From Mytilus californianus (lineage: Eukaryota): DNA of 64,000 nt. The position numbers were made by a program, and so were the translations under genes. Within the stretch, counting starts at the first letter, position 1. Every line of letters begins with the position of its first letter. The stretch lies in NCBI RefSeq assembly GCF_021869535.1, contig NW_026262723.1, positions 58,590,001 through 58,654,000 on the forward strand. The letters are read 5' to 3'. Positions 1 to 15,500 of this stretch are shown here, piece after piece. Under the pieces are notes generated by a model that saw nothing but the letters and a program-made list of their open reading frames with translations, made no database searches and was not told where the DNA came from.

Positions 1-527
1 AAACACACAGGGGCCACTGTGTACAGGCTCTACTACAGTAACCATTTGTATACCATTTATTTTATTTTTAATGACAGATTTTTTTTGGTTGAGAGTGGGT
101 GGGGGGGGGGGGGGATTTACAACATTACTTAAAGGCATTTTTAATTTCTGCTAAATTGCTTTCAAGTAACAAAGCAAACTTGTTAAGAAAACTATACTTA
201 GATGAAATGTATCTACCTCTTATTACCATTTAAGTGATTTTTAAGGTTTAGCATAATCAAATATAGTGTTTTATTGTGTTTACAAGTGGGACCATATCAA
301 TGAACTGCAACTCTTAGCCCCCCTGGTTTTTTTGGTGGTAATCCTGTTACTCACTTGATAGTTTTTCTATGTAGTGTTTTGTGAACTGTTGTTTGTCTTT
401 TCATGGTTTTTCATTGATTGACATGCTTTTGTTCATTTTCTTTGACATAAGATTTTTTATTTTCCCTCTGCCTTTTTTTTACACAATTCATTTTACATAA
501 TTTCAGTTTGGTGTTTTTTTAATGTAG

Positions 528-3500
528 GTTTTCCTGAAGGTTTGTAACATTAGTGACAAAGGAGTACAGTTAACAGAAGACGTGATGCACAGTCTGAGAA
601 AACAAACTAATCTTGATATGCTTAAAAAATCAGAAGAAAGTGAACCGATTACTGATTATGACAGTGGAGGTAAGTGATAAATATTCTATCAAAAAAAAAA
701 GAAAAGTGAATTTTCAGTCTGGCACACTTGAAGTTGAAGCTTCAAGCTGGGTTTTTTGGGGTTTTCTTTCACATTTTATTTCACCTTCCTTTAATACAGA
801 AGTTTAAAAGTTGAAAAGAGTATTTTTTTAATGATGAAATATCAATTAAAAAAGACAAAACTAATTTCGATGCTTTCTTTATTTTAAAATGAATATTTCA
901 TAAGTATAACTTGAGAAAGATTTTGAAAGAACTATTTTTTTAAATGCTCACTGTTTTACTACTATTTTACAGAAAAAAGAACTAAAATTTTCAAGGATTT
1001 GCACTATATGAAATGGTACTATTCCTAAAGAAGCTTACTCGGAATTAAATTCATGTGTGAAATATTAAATAATATTTTAAAATAATATCCTTTAAGAGTA
1101 ATTAATATTTATTTCAGAAGTCAAAGGACCTACATATGCTGACCCAAGGAAAAGAATTGGTATCTGCAGTCAAAGTTTTCAACAAATTGGAGCACTGCTT
1201 TTAAAAAGGTTCCATCATTACAAGAGAGATTGGAGAATGTTATTTGGTTTGGTCATTCTACCTTTGATATTTGTCACAGCTGGTCTTGGATTCTTCAAAA
1301 TCAAACCTACACTTTCATCTCCGCAGTTAATTCTTACTCCTGCTCTGTATGGTCCAAATGCTTATGTTTTCCATCAGTAAGTATGACTTAAATGGAATTT
1401 TCTTTTTCTTCTGTCTGATAAAATCTAGAAGTTATTCCATTAAATGGATGAAATGGAAGGATTCAAACCTGTGTTAGTCAGTCAAATCATGTGTTCATGA
1501 CAGCAAAATGCATGAAAATGAAAAATATTTAATAAAATAAATAACTTCTTCTTTAATTGAATAAACAATCTATGCTTTCATTTTGGGGAAATATGGCAAG
1601 AAGTTATATATGTTATGTACATAAAACTTATATTGTACTATTTTACCAGAGACAATGTGCAGTCACCAATGACAATGAAAATGAGGTACCAGTTAATGGC
1701 ACCACCAGGACCAGGCACAACATGTATGGCTGGTATGAATCTAGGGTAAGTTTTATAAGTTTGTAATTTTACTATGAAATAAAACATTCGTCTGTCAGCA
1801 AAAAATCTGTATGCAGATGAAACACTTGATTTTCAGTTTTCACATAGAATGATTTTTATGCAAATTTTAGTTATTCTGATGTAGTAATGTGTTGTAACAA
1901 CATGTTGTGGTAGAACTAAGTTTAAAGTAGCAAACAATGGAGAGCTTAGTATTGGAGAGAAAAAAAGAAGAAAAAGTTTTGAAACAATTTTTACTCTGTA
2001 TTTACATTAAAAATAAGAAACATTCACATGGCTGCAGAAATATTGATTTTTTCCAATGTTCATTTCATATCATCAGAGCGCTTTAATATTTGGTTTTTGT
2101 AAAATTCTTGAAACAAATATTTTGTACGATATCATTAATTGATATCACTAAAAATAACATATTTTAAACAACTTTTCTTTTGAAATGCACACATCTGTTG
2201 ATATCATTTTTCAGGTTCTGCATAATTTATATTATTGATTTTCTGATATAATTAAAAATCAAATATAAGATTCTGATGCCCTGAAATAGTGTGGAAATCT
2301 GAACGCTTAAGAAATATTAAAGTTTTAAATTGTTCTTAGATTGCCTTAAAATTTGATATTTATTATATCAAGGCTTTGGTCCTGAGATCCTTAGAATTTT
2401 CATCCTAATTAATTGGCATTTGCTTTGATTTTAGTGAGCCATATAGATGTGAAAATGCTGATACTTCATTCCACACTCCAACATCAGCTTCACCAGGAAC
2501 ACCTGAATGTCACTGTGCAGAGTCCAAGTACACCTGTAATGATCCAGCTAAATACCAATCTGTACCATGGATGAAGATGAATACAACAGACAAATTGCAG
2601 GATTTAAATGGTCACGATATACAAGATTACCTACTAATGACAAGATCAGAATTTACAGAGAAAAGGTACGTAGAACATTTTATTTTCTTACTAGTATCAA
2701 AATATAACAAAAGTTGTAGTTACAGTTTTATACTTTTTAAGATAATTTAATTTTGATAAATATATTAGCCTTTAGAACAATACCCTGCATGATTATTACA
2801 CCATACAGAATAAGATATTTTATAACTCAGAAATTATTTACTAAAATTACGCATTCATATACAATTGTAAATAAATCATGGCTAAACTTAAGATACAGCA
2901 TTACTTCATGTAAAATATGAAATGTTTTCTCTTTTGTTTCTATTTAGATACGGAGGATGGTCATTTGATGCTAATGGCACTAAGTTCAGAAGTACTGTTT
3001 GGTTCAACAACAAGGGACATCATGCTCTACCATCATTCTCCAATGCACTGAGTAATATCATGCTTAGAGCAATGGTTCCTTCAGGAGAAGAAGAACAATA
3101 TGGTATGTAATATACTTCATGATTGTTTGATTCATTGGCAACTTGTCCAGAATGGTCAACTTATATCTTGACCATATTCCATCACTGAATACTGTGGATT
3201 CATTATAATTTGTTTGGTACTAGTTTTTGTTGATTTCGTGGGTACAGGTTAACCACAGATTTTTTCTTTTTTTTTATCATTATAACCACAGATTTATGAG
3301 TTCAACAATATGCAAATTTCTTTATGGTTTGTAATTTCATTATTGATATAGTTATGCTATGCTATAGTAGGATTACATGTTCTAATATTGCTTAAAAAAC
3401 TGCTCAACTGTTAAATATTACATTCATTTTTACAGGTATAACAGCTTACACCCATCCACTGATGTTAACGGAGGGACAGTTAAGTGAGGATACCTTGTAA

Positions 3501-6500
3501 GTCAATGTCCTATTTCTTAACCTTGACAACATGTTGACACTGCATATATTATTTATTGCTTGTCATGTTATAAAACCTTGAAATGAATTTACTGTAAGAC
3601 AGATATTTTTAATAAATATTGTTTTTAGGGAATGTACAGCCATGTAAAAAATAAGCAGGACTCCAAAGACACCATCTCCTTAAAATGTATTTTGAGCTTT
3701 ATTAGCTGACTGCTTGAATTTGTATTTTGTTTCTTTTATATTTTCCAAAAATGAGCTTTTAGATGCTGTTTGGCAGAAGTTCAAATGATAGAAATGTGAT
3801 AAAGAGTAAAATATCAAAAATACCGAACTCCAAGGAAAATTCAAAACGGAAAGTCATTTATAAAATGGCAAAATCAAAAGCTTGAAATGGAAAACAACTG
3901 TCATATTCCTGACTTGGTACAGGCATTTCTTTATGTAGAAAATGGTGGATTAAACCTGGTTTTATAGCCAGCTAAACCTCTCGCTTGTATGACTGTTGCA
4001 TAGAATTCCATTATATTGACAACAATGTGTGAGCAAAACCATTAATGTTCACCACTATACAATTTATCATTCATAAGAAAAGTTGAGCATTCTATTGAAT
4101 TTCAAAATGAGACAAAGTAATGAAATGGTCTGTTCTAGTGGCAAAGCATTAGAATAAAATCATTTCCTAATCCACACCAATCAGTCTTTTTTACCCTTTG
4201 TCTCGTTTGATCAACCTTATTTGTCTGAATTTTAACCTCTAACATTTATTTGACCTTTAGATTGCAAAAGGCAGCAGACTATGGTATCTCAGTGATATTT
4301 TTAGTAGCCTTCACCTTTATCCCTGCTGGATTGATGGTTTACGTGGTTAATGAATACACAAACAAGGAGAAACAGCTACAATTTTTGAGTGGAGTTGGAC
4401 CTTTCATGTACTGGACAACATCTTTTCTTTGGGATATGGTAAGGATATTTCACTTAGCAAAAATATACGTTATTACAATTAATCATCAGATGAATTAATG
4501 TCATTATTCAGTTGCATGGCTTGTGCTCATGTTTGAATGATATAATGATTATAAAAATAAATTAAGTAATAAAATTTTAGCCATTTTCTCACAAAAATCG
4601 ATGAAACCTTTACCTTTTATATTTTTTACGATTTGTACTAAAAAAAAACTGTGTTTCAGTTCTACATTTTTTTTTATATAATTTTATTCAGAATGTCATA
4701 ACTGAAATGAATGTTGAACAGATACTGTAAATTCAGAAATTATTGCTGCATTTATTATTGCGATTTTGTCATTTTAGACCAAAATGTGATTATTATTTTT
4801 GCGATATTGAGAAAAATCCCGTTTCATTCATATAAAAAAATCCTAAATGCAAGTTTAACTTATTGCGTTTACAACCCTGTCGCATTTTTTGCAATAAGCA
4901 ATAATAAAAACATCGCAATAATTTCTGAATTTACAGTATATCATATACAGTAAGAATGTTTCATAACAAAGTCAAACTATTTAATACATTGTGATCTCGT
5001 ATGCCTGATAATTAGCTATTTGTTTTTTCCGATCTGCATCCGAAACAGATAGTCAGTCAACAATATTCTAGAAAAACCCTTGTAATAGATAACCTTTTGT
5101 TTACTCCTTTTTTGTGATTGATGAGCTTTGCTTTAGTTGCTTATATCAACATCTTTGGACACTGGCTGGTGGATAGTTGTCTCATTGGCAATCATACCAC
5201 ATCTCCTTATATTTATTTTGATGTATGTGTATGTAATGTTACTTTCACTTTTCAGTGTATTTATAGCATCATGATGGGATTGACTGTTGCTTTAATGGCT
5301 GCATTCCAAGGTGATGCCTACTGGAACAGAGACAATCTTTCTGCTACCATTACCCTCATTATATTGTTTGGGTATGTACATGTACATAACGGCCCGGTTG
5401 TTAAAAATCAGTTTGCAAAGAATTCACTGTGAAACTGTGTAAAATAAACACTAAAAGGATAAAAGGATTTTTTACATGACCTGCTTACCCTGGTTTACTA
5501 TAGCGAGGGTATATAGTGATCATTTTGTCCTTTATCCGTTGTTCTATCTGTCCATATTTCAATTACACTTTCAGAGAATCTTCAGTGCTTATTGCCATTG
5601 CATACTCCCTATTTTTTTATCCTTGTTTTTTTTTAAGTTCCCCTAAGCAACACACAGAGTTTGTCAAAACTACAATACTACATTCCAGTATGTTCATACT
5701 TTGTCACCAATTGACAACAATCCCAATGTGTGTATAACTTATATACTTACACTGGCCACTATTCCAGCATGTGTTTACTCTATTTCATCCCAAATAAGCC
5801 ATAATTACTTCTTTTACATGCTTTATTTAGTAATATATTGGCTATTATAATATAGTACCATATATTTCATGTAGATTTCCTTTTAGAGAATGAAAATGCT
5901 ATATTTGTCAATATTTTTACTGGTCTTCCTTAATAAATATATTGAAAAAGGTAGAGGATTCCTGATGTATTAGAAATACTGCACCTTAATCCATATAGCA
6001 TTCTATACTTTTTCCTTAAAGTTTGGTATGCACCAGAGAGGTATCAAGTAAAACAATATTTGAAATTTGCACACAAAGAAAAAAAAAAAACAATATGGAG
6101 GAAATGGATATTGCATCCTTACTGCTGGCATTAGAGATGCAGGAATTGGACTAAGTATCATCAATGTTGCTGTAATATTTGATACTGTATTCATGGTATT
6201 ATAAAAGAGTTATTGCACTAATATTGAGGAATAATAGTGCAGTAACCCTATATTTTTCTGGTATGTCTATTATTTTATCACAGAATGGTCACATTCCACT
6301 ATTATTATTGATTATTGTTCCATAGATTTAAGAAGATGTGGTATGAGAGCCAATGAGACAACTCTCCATCCAAGTCAAAATTTATAAAAGTAAACCATTA
6401 TAGGTCAAAGAACGGTCTTCAACACGGAGCCTTGGCTCACACCAAACAGCAAGCTATAAAGGGCCCCAAAAATTACTAGTGTAAAACCATTCAAACGGGA

Positions 6501-9500
6501 AAACCAACAGTCTAATCTATATAAAAAACAAGAAATAAGAAACACTTATGAACCACATCAACAAACGACAACTACTGAATATCAGGTTCCTAAGCATGTT
6601 TATACTTAATTTTCTCACAAAGTGACCACAGTACCTACATACTTGTATATTTATTTTGTTACAGATGGGCCACCATACCACAGATGTATATGAGTATAAA
6701 AATTTTCAAGGATTCCACAACATCGTACATGGTTATGTTTTGTTTAAACATCTTTGTTGGAATTGTATCCATGGCTGTGATTTTTATATTGCAATTCTTT
6801 TCACAAATAGAGGTATGTTTCCATTTTTTATGAAAGAAAATCATTTCTTAATTTTCTACTGATGAATATTCGTATAATTTATGTATTCTTTCATATAAAT
6901 TGCTTTGAATTTAGTCCACAAACTTTTAGGTAGGACACAGATAAAATTTGTACAGCTGGTGTGTAAAATATGCAGAACTGTATATTACTTTTTTGGTGAA
7001 AATGGTAAAAATATTTTGGTAAAAGCTTATTTTTCTTTAAAACCAAATTGCAGCTTTTGGGAAATTTTGAATGCAAAATCTCTAAAAGTATGACTTAAGA
7101 CTTTAACACTAAATTTCCAAAAGTATGAGTAGGTCTTGAACACAATTTTGTACAGTTGTCGTGCTTCATATTATTAAATATGTTAATCATCTTATTTTTT
7201 TGTTGAAAAAATTTGATAAAAACTCAGTTTTCATCGTGGTAGAATATAATATCCAGAATTAAATGCTGGTGTCAAAATCTATATTTTATCCGTAGCCATT
7301 TTCAAAATGGCTTCCAAAAAAGTTATATTCAAGTGCTGAGATCAGATTTCAAAGATGTATGAAATCTATATACAATATGATATCATGAATTGATTTCTAG
7401 TGTCAAAAATTATTGATCAGCTGCTATTTTCAAAATATCATTTGACTGCTATTTTCATAATGGCAATAAGAATGTGAGAAACAACATTACTCTATTATAA
7501 TATAAAAGTTTTCTATGCTCTATAGAACTGGTATAAATCAAATAAAAATGTGAAAGTCAAGCCCTTGTTGACAAATCAGTTTTCTAGTTTTATGTTGCTA
7601 ACAGATTCAACCTTCAAATGTATAGTTATGAATTTAAAAAAAAATTAAGTTAAAATTAATATGTATGAATTTTTGTGTTTTACAGAGTGTTGAAAATGCA
7701 TATCTTGTTATGAGACATGTATTGAAAATCTTCCCACCATTCAACCTGGTCAGTGGCTTTGTTGAGCTAATCTTCAACCAAATGATGTCAGACATCCTTG
7801 GTAGATTTGGAGATGATCCATACGTCTGGCCATTTGATTTTGATGTTATTGGATGGCAGCTGGTTGCCTTGGCGATAGAAGGCTTGGTATTCTTTATAAT
7901 CACTTTATTGGTGGAAATCAGAATAAGCCACACTAGAAAGTAAGAACTGATTTGAATATGTCTTAAATATTTTCCACTTTACGTTAATCATACAAAAAAC
8001 AACAGGTCAAAAATAAAAGCCAGCAATCAAAAATTTTTTAATCATATTTAAATAGAGAACTTTAAAATTTTGTTGGATATACTATATTAGCAATTTTTTC
8101 AGTGTACCAGTTTTTCGTTACAAAATTTACAAGCAGAAAATATAAAATAGATACTCAAATGACCGTCTTTAAGTAGGGAATGGAATAATTAGAAAATATG
8201 AATATTTTGTGATTCACAAAACAGTTTAAATTAGATTTCCAGAAAATTAGTAAGTCTAGTGTTGTCGTTTTCATCAATTTCAGAACAACGAGACATGAAG
8301 AGGAACTTGAATATTCTGATGCAGCTGTCTCTAACGAGAGAACTCGTGTTAATTCAGGCAATGCTAAAGATGATATTCTAGTTGTCAATAACTTAACAAA
8401 GGAATATACAAGAGGAAGGAGAGAATTTAATGCTGTTGATCACATTTGTGTTGGAGTTCCTCGTGGTGAGGTAAGGATTGTATTTACTATCCAGAATCTC
8501 TTATTACATTTTGCTAAAAAAAAACAAGCAGAGTCTTTTCTATATATTTTTTTGTATGTATATTTCCTTCTTTTTTTTAATTTTTAGATTTTTATAAATA
8601 TATTTTTCACTAGACTTTGAAAAGTTTGTGTGTTTGGTTATATTTAATTCCAGTAAGAAAAATATCTGATTGAAATTCAATATGAGCTTTGTAAACAATT
8701 ACTGTAAATTCAAAAATGATTGCATGCATTTATTGTTGCGATTGTTGAATAATGGCCAAAAAATTCTATTTTTTACAATTTGAGGAAATGTTGCACACAA
8801 ATAATGCTATCAAAATTTTAAATGTGAGTTTTTATTTTTGCGAAACTATCTTGTCATAATAATAAAAACAATAAAAAATGAATCATACATTATTTTGTTT
8901 CCAGTGTTTTGGATTACTTGGTGAAAATGGAGCAGGTAAAACAACCAGCTTTAGGATGCTGACAGGAGACTTGCTACCAACTGAAGGGGAGGCAACTATT
9001 AAAGGGCATAGGTCAGTGCTTTCACAGTTTTTGACTATTCTTTGATTGTTGGAATTTCTACACAAGTATTTGATTCAAACCCTATAAATATAGTATTGTA
9101 TGCATGTTCCCTTTTGGAATTTATACCCAATTATACCCAAGAATTTATTTCAATCCTTATAAATAAAGTATGTATCCTTTTAGGCCTATTTTGATTATAA
9201 GCTCTCCAAATATTAATATATCTTAGGTTTCTAGATTTATTGCTTGGAGCATTCATGAAGAATTAACCTGGAAAAGCAATTTGATAAAATTATACATAAA
9301 CTTAGGTAGAAAGATTTGTTAAAAACATTTGTGTATTTGATACCTTGGATCTATGTACTCCTATATCATTCTAAGTTATTATAACTTCCTTCTAAATTAA
9401 CCCCTCAGCTCTCAAAATAGAGTATTTTGTATTTTGATTTTAGGAACCCATATAGGAACTGAACAACTTTATAATATTTTTGCAAGGACTGATATTATTG

Positions 9501-12500
9501 AGAAAAACAATTCTTTAAATTTCAGAATATCTAGAGCAGATGCTAGCATTGGACAGGAAGTTGGTTATTGTCCACAAGAAGATGCCTTAGATGGTTGTCT
9601 AACTGGCAGAGAAATGTTACATTGCTATGCCAGGTTGAGAGGGTTGCCAGCAGACAGTAGAAAATATGTAAGAGAATTTATTTAACTTGTAAACTGTTCT
9701 TGATTTGGGGCGATTATGAGTTTGACACATGGTACAGTTAACTGTCTGCTGTTGAAGACCATAACCTGACCTCTATATGTCTTCCTTTTTATGCCCCTGC
9801 TGCAGCTGAGGGGCATTAAGTGTTACCCTTGTTTGTCCGTACGTACTTCCCAAAATTTCTGTCCCATGAATTTTTTCTAAGGAATTACAGATCAGGACTT
9901 TCTGAAATTTGGAATCAAGCATCATGTGAGCATGATATCCAAGGCTTCCAAAAAATATATGAGCCTGCCAGACATTTTTTTTATTCCAATTTTAATCCTG
10001 TAAGACTTTAAAATAATAAAAGGCAATCATAGTAATAATTTGGATATCATAAAAATGATTAACATAAAAACGATATTAAACTTCAGACTTTTGATATAAA
10101 TTTGATGTTCTGATGTTAATCATTCGAAATGTGCAACACCAGCGTACTAACATCTGCTTTAGACTCTTTATTAATGCAAAATCACGCTGTCAGAAACTTT
10201 ACTTTTGTTTTTAAAAAGCACATTTTCCAAATACGGAATGTTGACTTGACAATGGTAAAACACAGACCCAAGACAGATTCTTAAAATCAGTGTACGTTTA
10301 CCAAGCACAATTGATTTTTACTAATTCTTTCCTCTTTATTTCTCCAGGAAAATGCTTGAAATGAATGTAAGAAAAAGGTATCAATAATTTATTAGCATTT
10401 TTGAAGAATTCGAATGCATAATTAAATCTCATACCTGTGCAAATGCCAGATATATACTAGTTCAAACAATGTGGTTCTGTCGATTTTTGGGTAAAGATTG
10501 CATGAAATGCAAGCAAAACCCTATGGGACTGACTTGATATCTAAATCTTCCAAGACTTGTCACTACTTTTGAGATACACAAAATATAGTGCATTGATCAT
10601 AACATTCTAAACATCCTATCCATGACATTAAAAAATTTATCAATAAAATGTATGCTCAGATATTCCAGTTACAAAATGATGTTATACTTGTCAAGAAAAT
10701 TACATAACTTGTGCAGGGTGCAAGAATCTAATATCTGTGCTAAATATATGAATGATGTCATTGTTTAAGTAATCTTTGAAATTGGATTTATCTTCCTTTG
10801 TCCATAATTGTAGTTGAATCAACTACAACCAATGATTTGTTCAATGCAATGTTTAATTTTACTTCCCACAGATAAATTAGAGCAATCTTTACCCTTCATT
10901 GCTTACAAACACTTTGATTACTTATAGTAGGTGTATCATTTACATGCAATAGCTCACAGTTCAATTTGTTTGATATTTGTAGGTTGTTGATGACATGATA
11001 AAGAAATTTGGATTGAAAGAAGCAGACAAATCTGTACACCACTATAGTGGTGGTATGAAGAGGAAATTATCTGTTGCCATAGCAATGCTTGGAGAACCAC
11101 CTGTTGTTTTGTTGGTAAGAATAGGTCATGTTGAAATTTTGTGATAAAAAAAGATTGTGTTATATTGTCATTACATTTTGAAATCTTTTACCTGAAATAG
11201 GTAGCCCTCATACCTGCCATTTTTTTCAAAATGTCCATGGGGGACTTTAAGTGCAAGAGGACCTAATACTCTTCTTATATTGTCATAAGTGTTTTTAATC
11301 TACTTCTTCATTGTTTGGATGAGTATATATGTCCTTAAATACCCTTTTAATTCATTTGAATGCCTGTTTTGAGGTGTTCAGTTTATATACTAAAGTCTTT
11401 CAAAATTCAGGTCAACACCTCCCATAAAGCATGATAGTTGGCAGATCTGAACCCTAAATTTGTTTATATGCCCTTAAACACCTTGCTTGATCATAATCAG
11501 GGTAAATGTTCGTGATGTTTTGTTTAATACAAATAGGATAACAGCTGCTGTCTGTTAGATACTATAGCTTTCTGCAATGATGACTAAAAAAAAAAACAGT
11601 TTTAGTGAGATAAGACATGAAGAAATGAAAATATGGGTATATTCACATAAAGATATTTCATAAAATCTTGGGTTTGTACAAAAACAGTGAATTATTAAGT
11701 CTCCCAAACGAAGTTTGGGAAGACTTATTGTTTTTGCTCAGTTCTTATTATTATTATTATTCTTCTTCTTCTTCTTCTTCTTCTTCTTCTTCTTCTTCTT
11801 CTTCTTCCGCCGCTTTTAAATTTGAACTTGTCCGCACCCGTTCTCCAAAACCGCTTGTCAGATTAACTTAGGGTTTCACAATATGTTAGACTAACATGTC
11901 TAGTGGTGCAATCAGGGTTTTGTTTGTGCAATGGGGTTTATAAAGGGGTACTTTGAGGGGCAAAATGAAAAGAGGGTTTTACTATAGAACCCTATGGGAT
12001 TTTATTTTTTTAAATTTTCAAATGATTATAAATTGAAAACCGTTTGTGATAGACACAATCTTTTTAATTGAAAATGTTCTAAATGATAAAGCCCTTTAAA
12101 TGAAAAACAGGGTTAGTCCCCAGGGGTCACCCCCACCCCCTGCCATTTAAGAAAGTTCTAATACCTTGTAAGTGGTCAAGATCCCCACCCCTAAACCATA
12201 TATATTCTGGTTTGTCATACTAAGATGGTTTGAATGATATACAGGGTTAGTCCCCAGGGGTCATCCCGACCCCCTGCCATTTGACAAAGTTCTAATATCT
12301 TGTAAATGATCGAGATCCCCACCCCTAAACCATATATATTCTGGTTTGTCATGATAAAGCACATCAAATGAAATACAGGGTTAGTCCCCAGGGGTCAACC
12401 CCACCCCCTGCCATTTAAGAAATTTCTAATACCTTGTAAGTGGTCAAGATCCCCACCCCTAAACCATATATATTCTGGTTTGTCATGCTAAGATGGTTTG

Positions 12501-15500
12501 AATGATATACAGGGTTAGTCCCCAGGGGTCATCCCGACCCCCTGCCATTTGAGAAAGTTCTAATATCTTGTAAATGGTCGAGATCCCCACCCCTAAACCA
12601 TATATATTCTGGTTTTTCATGATAAAGCACATCAAATGTTATACAGGGTTAGTCCCTAGGGGTCACCCCTACCCCCTGCCATTTAAGAAAGTTCTAATAT
12701 CTTGTAAGTGGTCAAGATCCCCACCCCTAAACCATATATATTCTGGTTTGTCATGCTAAGATGGTTTGAATGATATACAGGGTTAGTCCCCAGGGGTCAT
12801 CCCGACCCCCTGTCATTTGAGAAAGTTCTAATAGCTTGTAAATGGTCGAGATCCCCACCCCTAAACCATATATATTCTGGTTTGTCATGATAAAGCACAT
12901 CAAATGAAATACAGGGTTAGTCCCCAGGGGTCACCCCCACCCCCTGCCATTTAAGAAAGTTCTAATATCTTGTAAGTGGTCAAGATCCCCACCCCTAAAT
13001 CATATATATTCTGGTTTGTCATGCTAAGATGGTTTGAATGATATACAGGGTTAGTCCCCAGGGGTCATCCCAACCCCCTGCCATTTGAGAAAGTTCTAAT
13101 AGCTTGTAAATGGTCGAGATCCCCACCCCTAAACCATATATATTCTGGTTTGTCATGATAAAGCACATCAAATGAAATACAGGGTTAGTCCCCAGGGGTC
13201 ACCCCCACCCCCTGCCATTTAAGAAAGTTCTAATATCTTGTAAGTGGTCAAGATCCCCACCCCTAAACCATATATATTCTGGTTTGTCATGCTAAGATGG
13301 TTTGAATGATATACAGGGTTAGTCCCCAGGGGTCATCCCGACCCCCTGTCATTTGAGAAAGTTCTAATAGCTTGTAAATGGTCGAGATCTCCACCCCTAA
13401 ACCATATATATTCTGGTTTGTCATGATAAAGCACATCAAATGAAATACAGGGTTAGTCCCCAGGGGTCACCCCCACCCCCTGCCATTTAAGAAAGTTCTA
13501 ATATCTTGTAAGTGGTCAAGATCCCCACCCCTAAATCATATATATTCTGGTTTGTCATGCTAAGATGGTTTGAATGATATACAGGGTTAGTCCCCAGGGG
13601 TCATCCCAACCCCCTGCCATTTGAGAAAGTTCTAATATCTTGTAAATGGTTGAGATCCCCACCCTAAACCATATATATTCTGGTTTGTCATGATAAAGCA
13701 CATCGAATGAAATACAGGGTTAGTCCCCAGGGGTCACCCCCACCCCCTGCCATTTAAGAAAGTTCTAATATCTACTAAGTGGTCAAGATCCCCACCCCTA
13801 AACCATATATATTCTGGTTTGTCATGCGAAGATGGTTTGAATGATATACAGGGTTAGTCCCCAGGGGTTCCTCCCCACCCCCAATGTTCTAGTATCTTGT
13901 AAATGGTCGAGATCCCCACCCCTAAACCATATATATTCTGGTTTGTCATGCCAAGATTATTTGAATGATATACAAGGTTAGTCCCCAGGCATCACTAATG
14001 CATATAACTTTACTAGACCAAACCAATTTTCACTGGACGTTGCGCAATGTCAGGCGACCCTGGGAATTACGAATTATGGGAGCTTCGTTTGGGAGACTTC
14101 GTAACAGCATCCTGTTACAATCATTTCTTGTTCTCTGTCATTTTTTAATATTTGCTTAAGATAGCTTAAAATATTTGCTATAAGTGAACTAACACTATTT
14201 TTTTATTTTACAGGATGAACCAACTACAGGTATGGATCCTAACACTCGTCGTCATGTCTGGAATATTTTATTAGCAGCTGTCAAAAATCAACAGTCAGTC
14301 GTTCTTAGTTCACACAGGTAACCAGTACTACTATTACTTTAATTAATCTCAAAACATTTTGTTATCTTGAAAATGCCAGAGATGAATAATTCCCTTATAA
14401 ATTTATTTCTGTTAATTCAGAAATTAATGTGTGCATTTATTAATGTGAATCCTGGATATCTGCTAAATGTGAAATCTATTGACTATGGTTGCAAAAATTT
14501 AATGAAGGAAAACCATTTCTAAAACTATGAATGCGAGTTTTCATGGCCCCGCTGACTCAGGTCAGGGCCATATAGTTTTACCTGTCATTCCGCAACGAAC
14601 AGTTATACAGACTTTTTTCTAAACGCCTTCACATATTGAGCTGATTTTTAATATGTGAGCCTACTTTGATGAGTTACAGATCGAATTCATGTTTGGTTCC
14701 ACTCTGCTGATTTTTACCGAAATTACTGGTTTTGAACTTGGAAAATTACCACTCTTAAAATTAGCTTTAAGCTTTTTTTGCAAGCAGGGACATTCATGTC
14801 ATCCCAACACATCTAGTTATTTTTGTGAACCTGATACTGCTGCATTTTTTCGCAATATTAAAACATTGCAATAATTTCTGAATTTATAGTATATGTCTCT
14901 GAAATACAATTGAATTCCTATAAACATGTTAAACTGAACACTTAACCACAAACTTTTTTATTCATTGTTAATTTGAAGGTGTAATGCATCATAAGTTTTG
15001 TCTGAAAGACATATAGTGATACAAATGTAATAAGGAACACACATTATCAATAAAGTGCAGACATTTTAGGATTTTTTTTTACATTTATTTAGTATGGAGG
15101 AATGTGATGCATTGTGTACCAGGCTGGCTATTATGGTGAATGGTGAATTTAAATGCTTGGGTAGTCCTCAACAACTTAAAAACTTGTAAGTTTATTCATA
15201 TATTAATTTTCAACTGTTTATTGTTTTGAGTTTTAAAAAGAAACCTAGAATGTGTGCCTGTTGAAATTTGTTGGATTAAGAATATATTGAACAGCATTTT
15301 GTGAACCAAGTTCAGACAAATTATTGTTTCTTACATTTTGATTTCTTTTGCAATGGAAGAAGAAATGAAAGTCATCACCAATATCATAAAAAGAGCAAAA
15401 AACTACATATTCTAAGGTTACACAGCTACTTTTGCATAGGTACTATTTCTGTACAAAAAATCTGTAGTACTGGAAATCTACTTTTAATATTCAATTTTGT

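Noticed and set aside
96-114. Poly-G run (G-quadruplex candidate)
   Set aside because: Simple homopolymer in an intron with no supporting context; such runs are also prone to sequencing error.
7634-9065. Antisense ORFs overlapping ABCA exons (7634-7933, 8155-8388, 8883-9065), and similar ones over WDR90 exons
   Set aside because: Shadow frames on the opposite strand of real exons; no independent coding signal.
11668-11871. ORF with poly-Tyr/poly-Ser; likewise the poly-Thr ORF at 40253-40441
   Set aside because: Translations of (TTA)n(TTC)n and (CGA)n microsatellites in HINE heads.
12107-13990. CRISPR-like regular array
   Set aside because: Whole monomers are repeated with no unique spacers; no cas genes; eukaryotic intron context.
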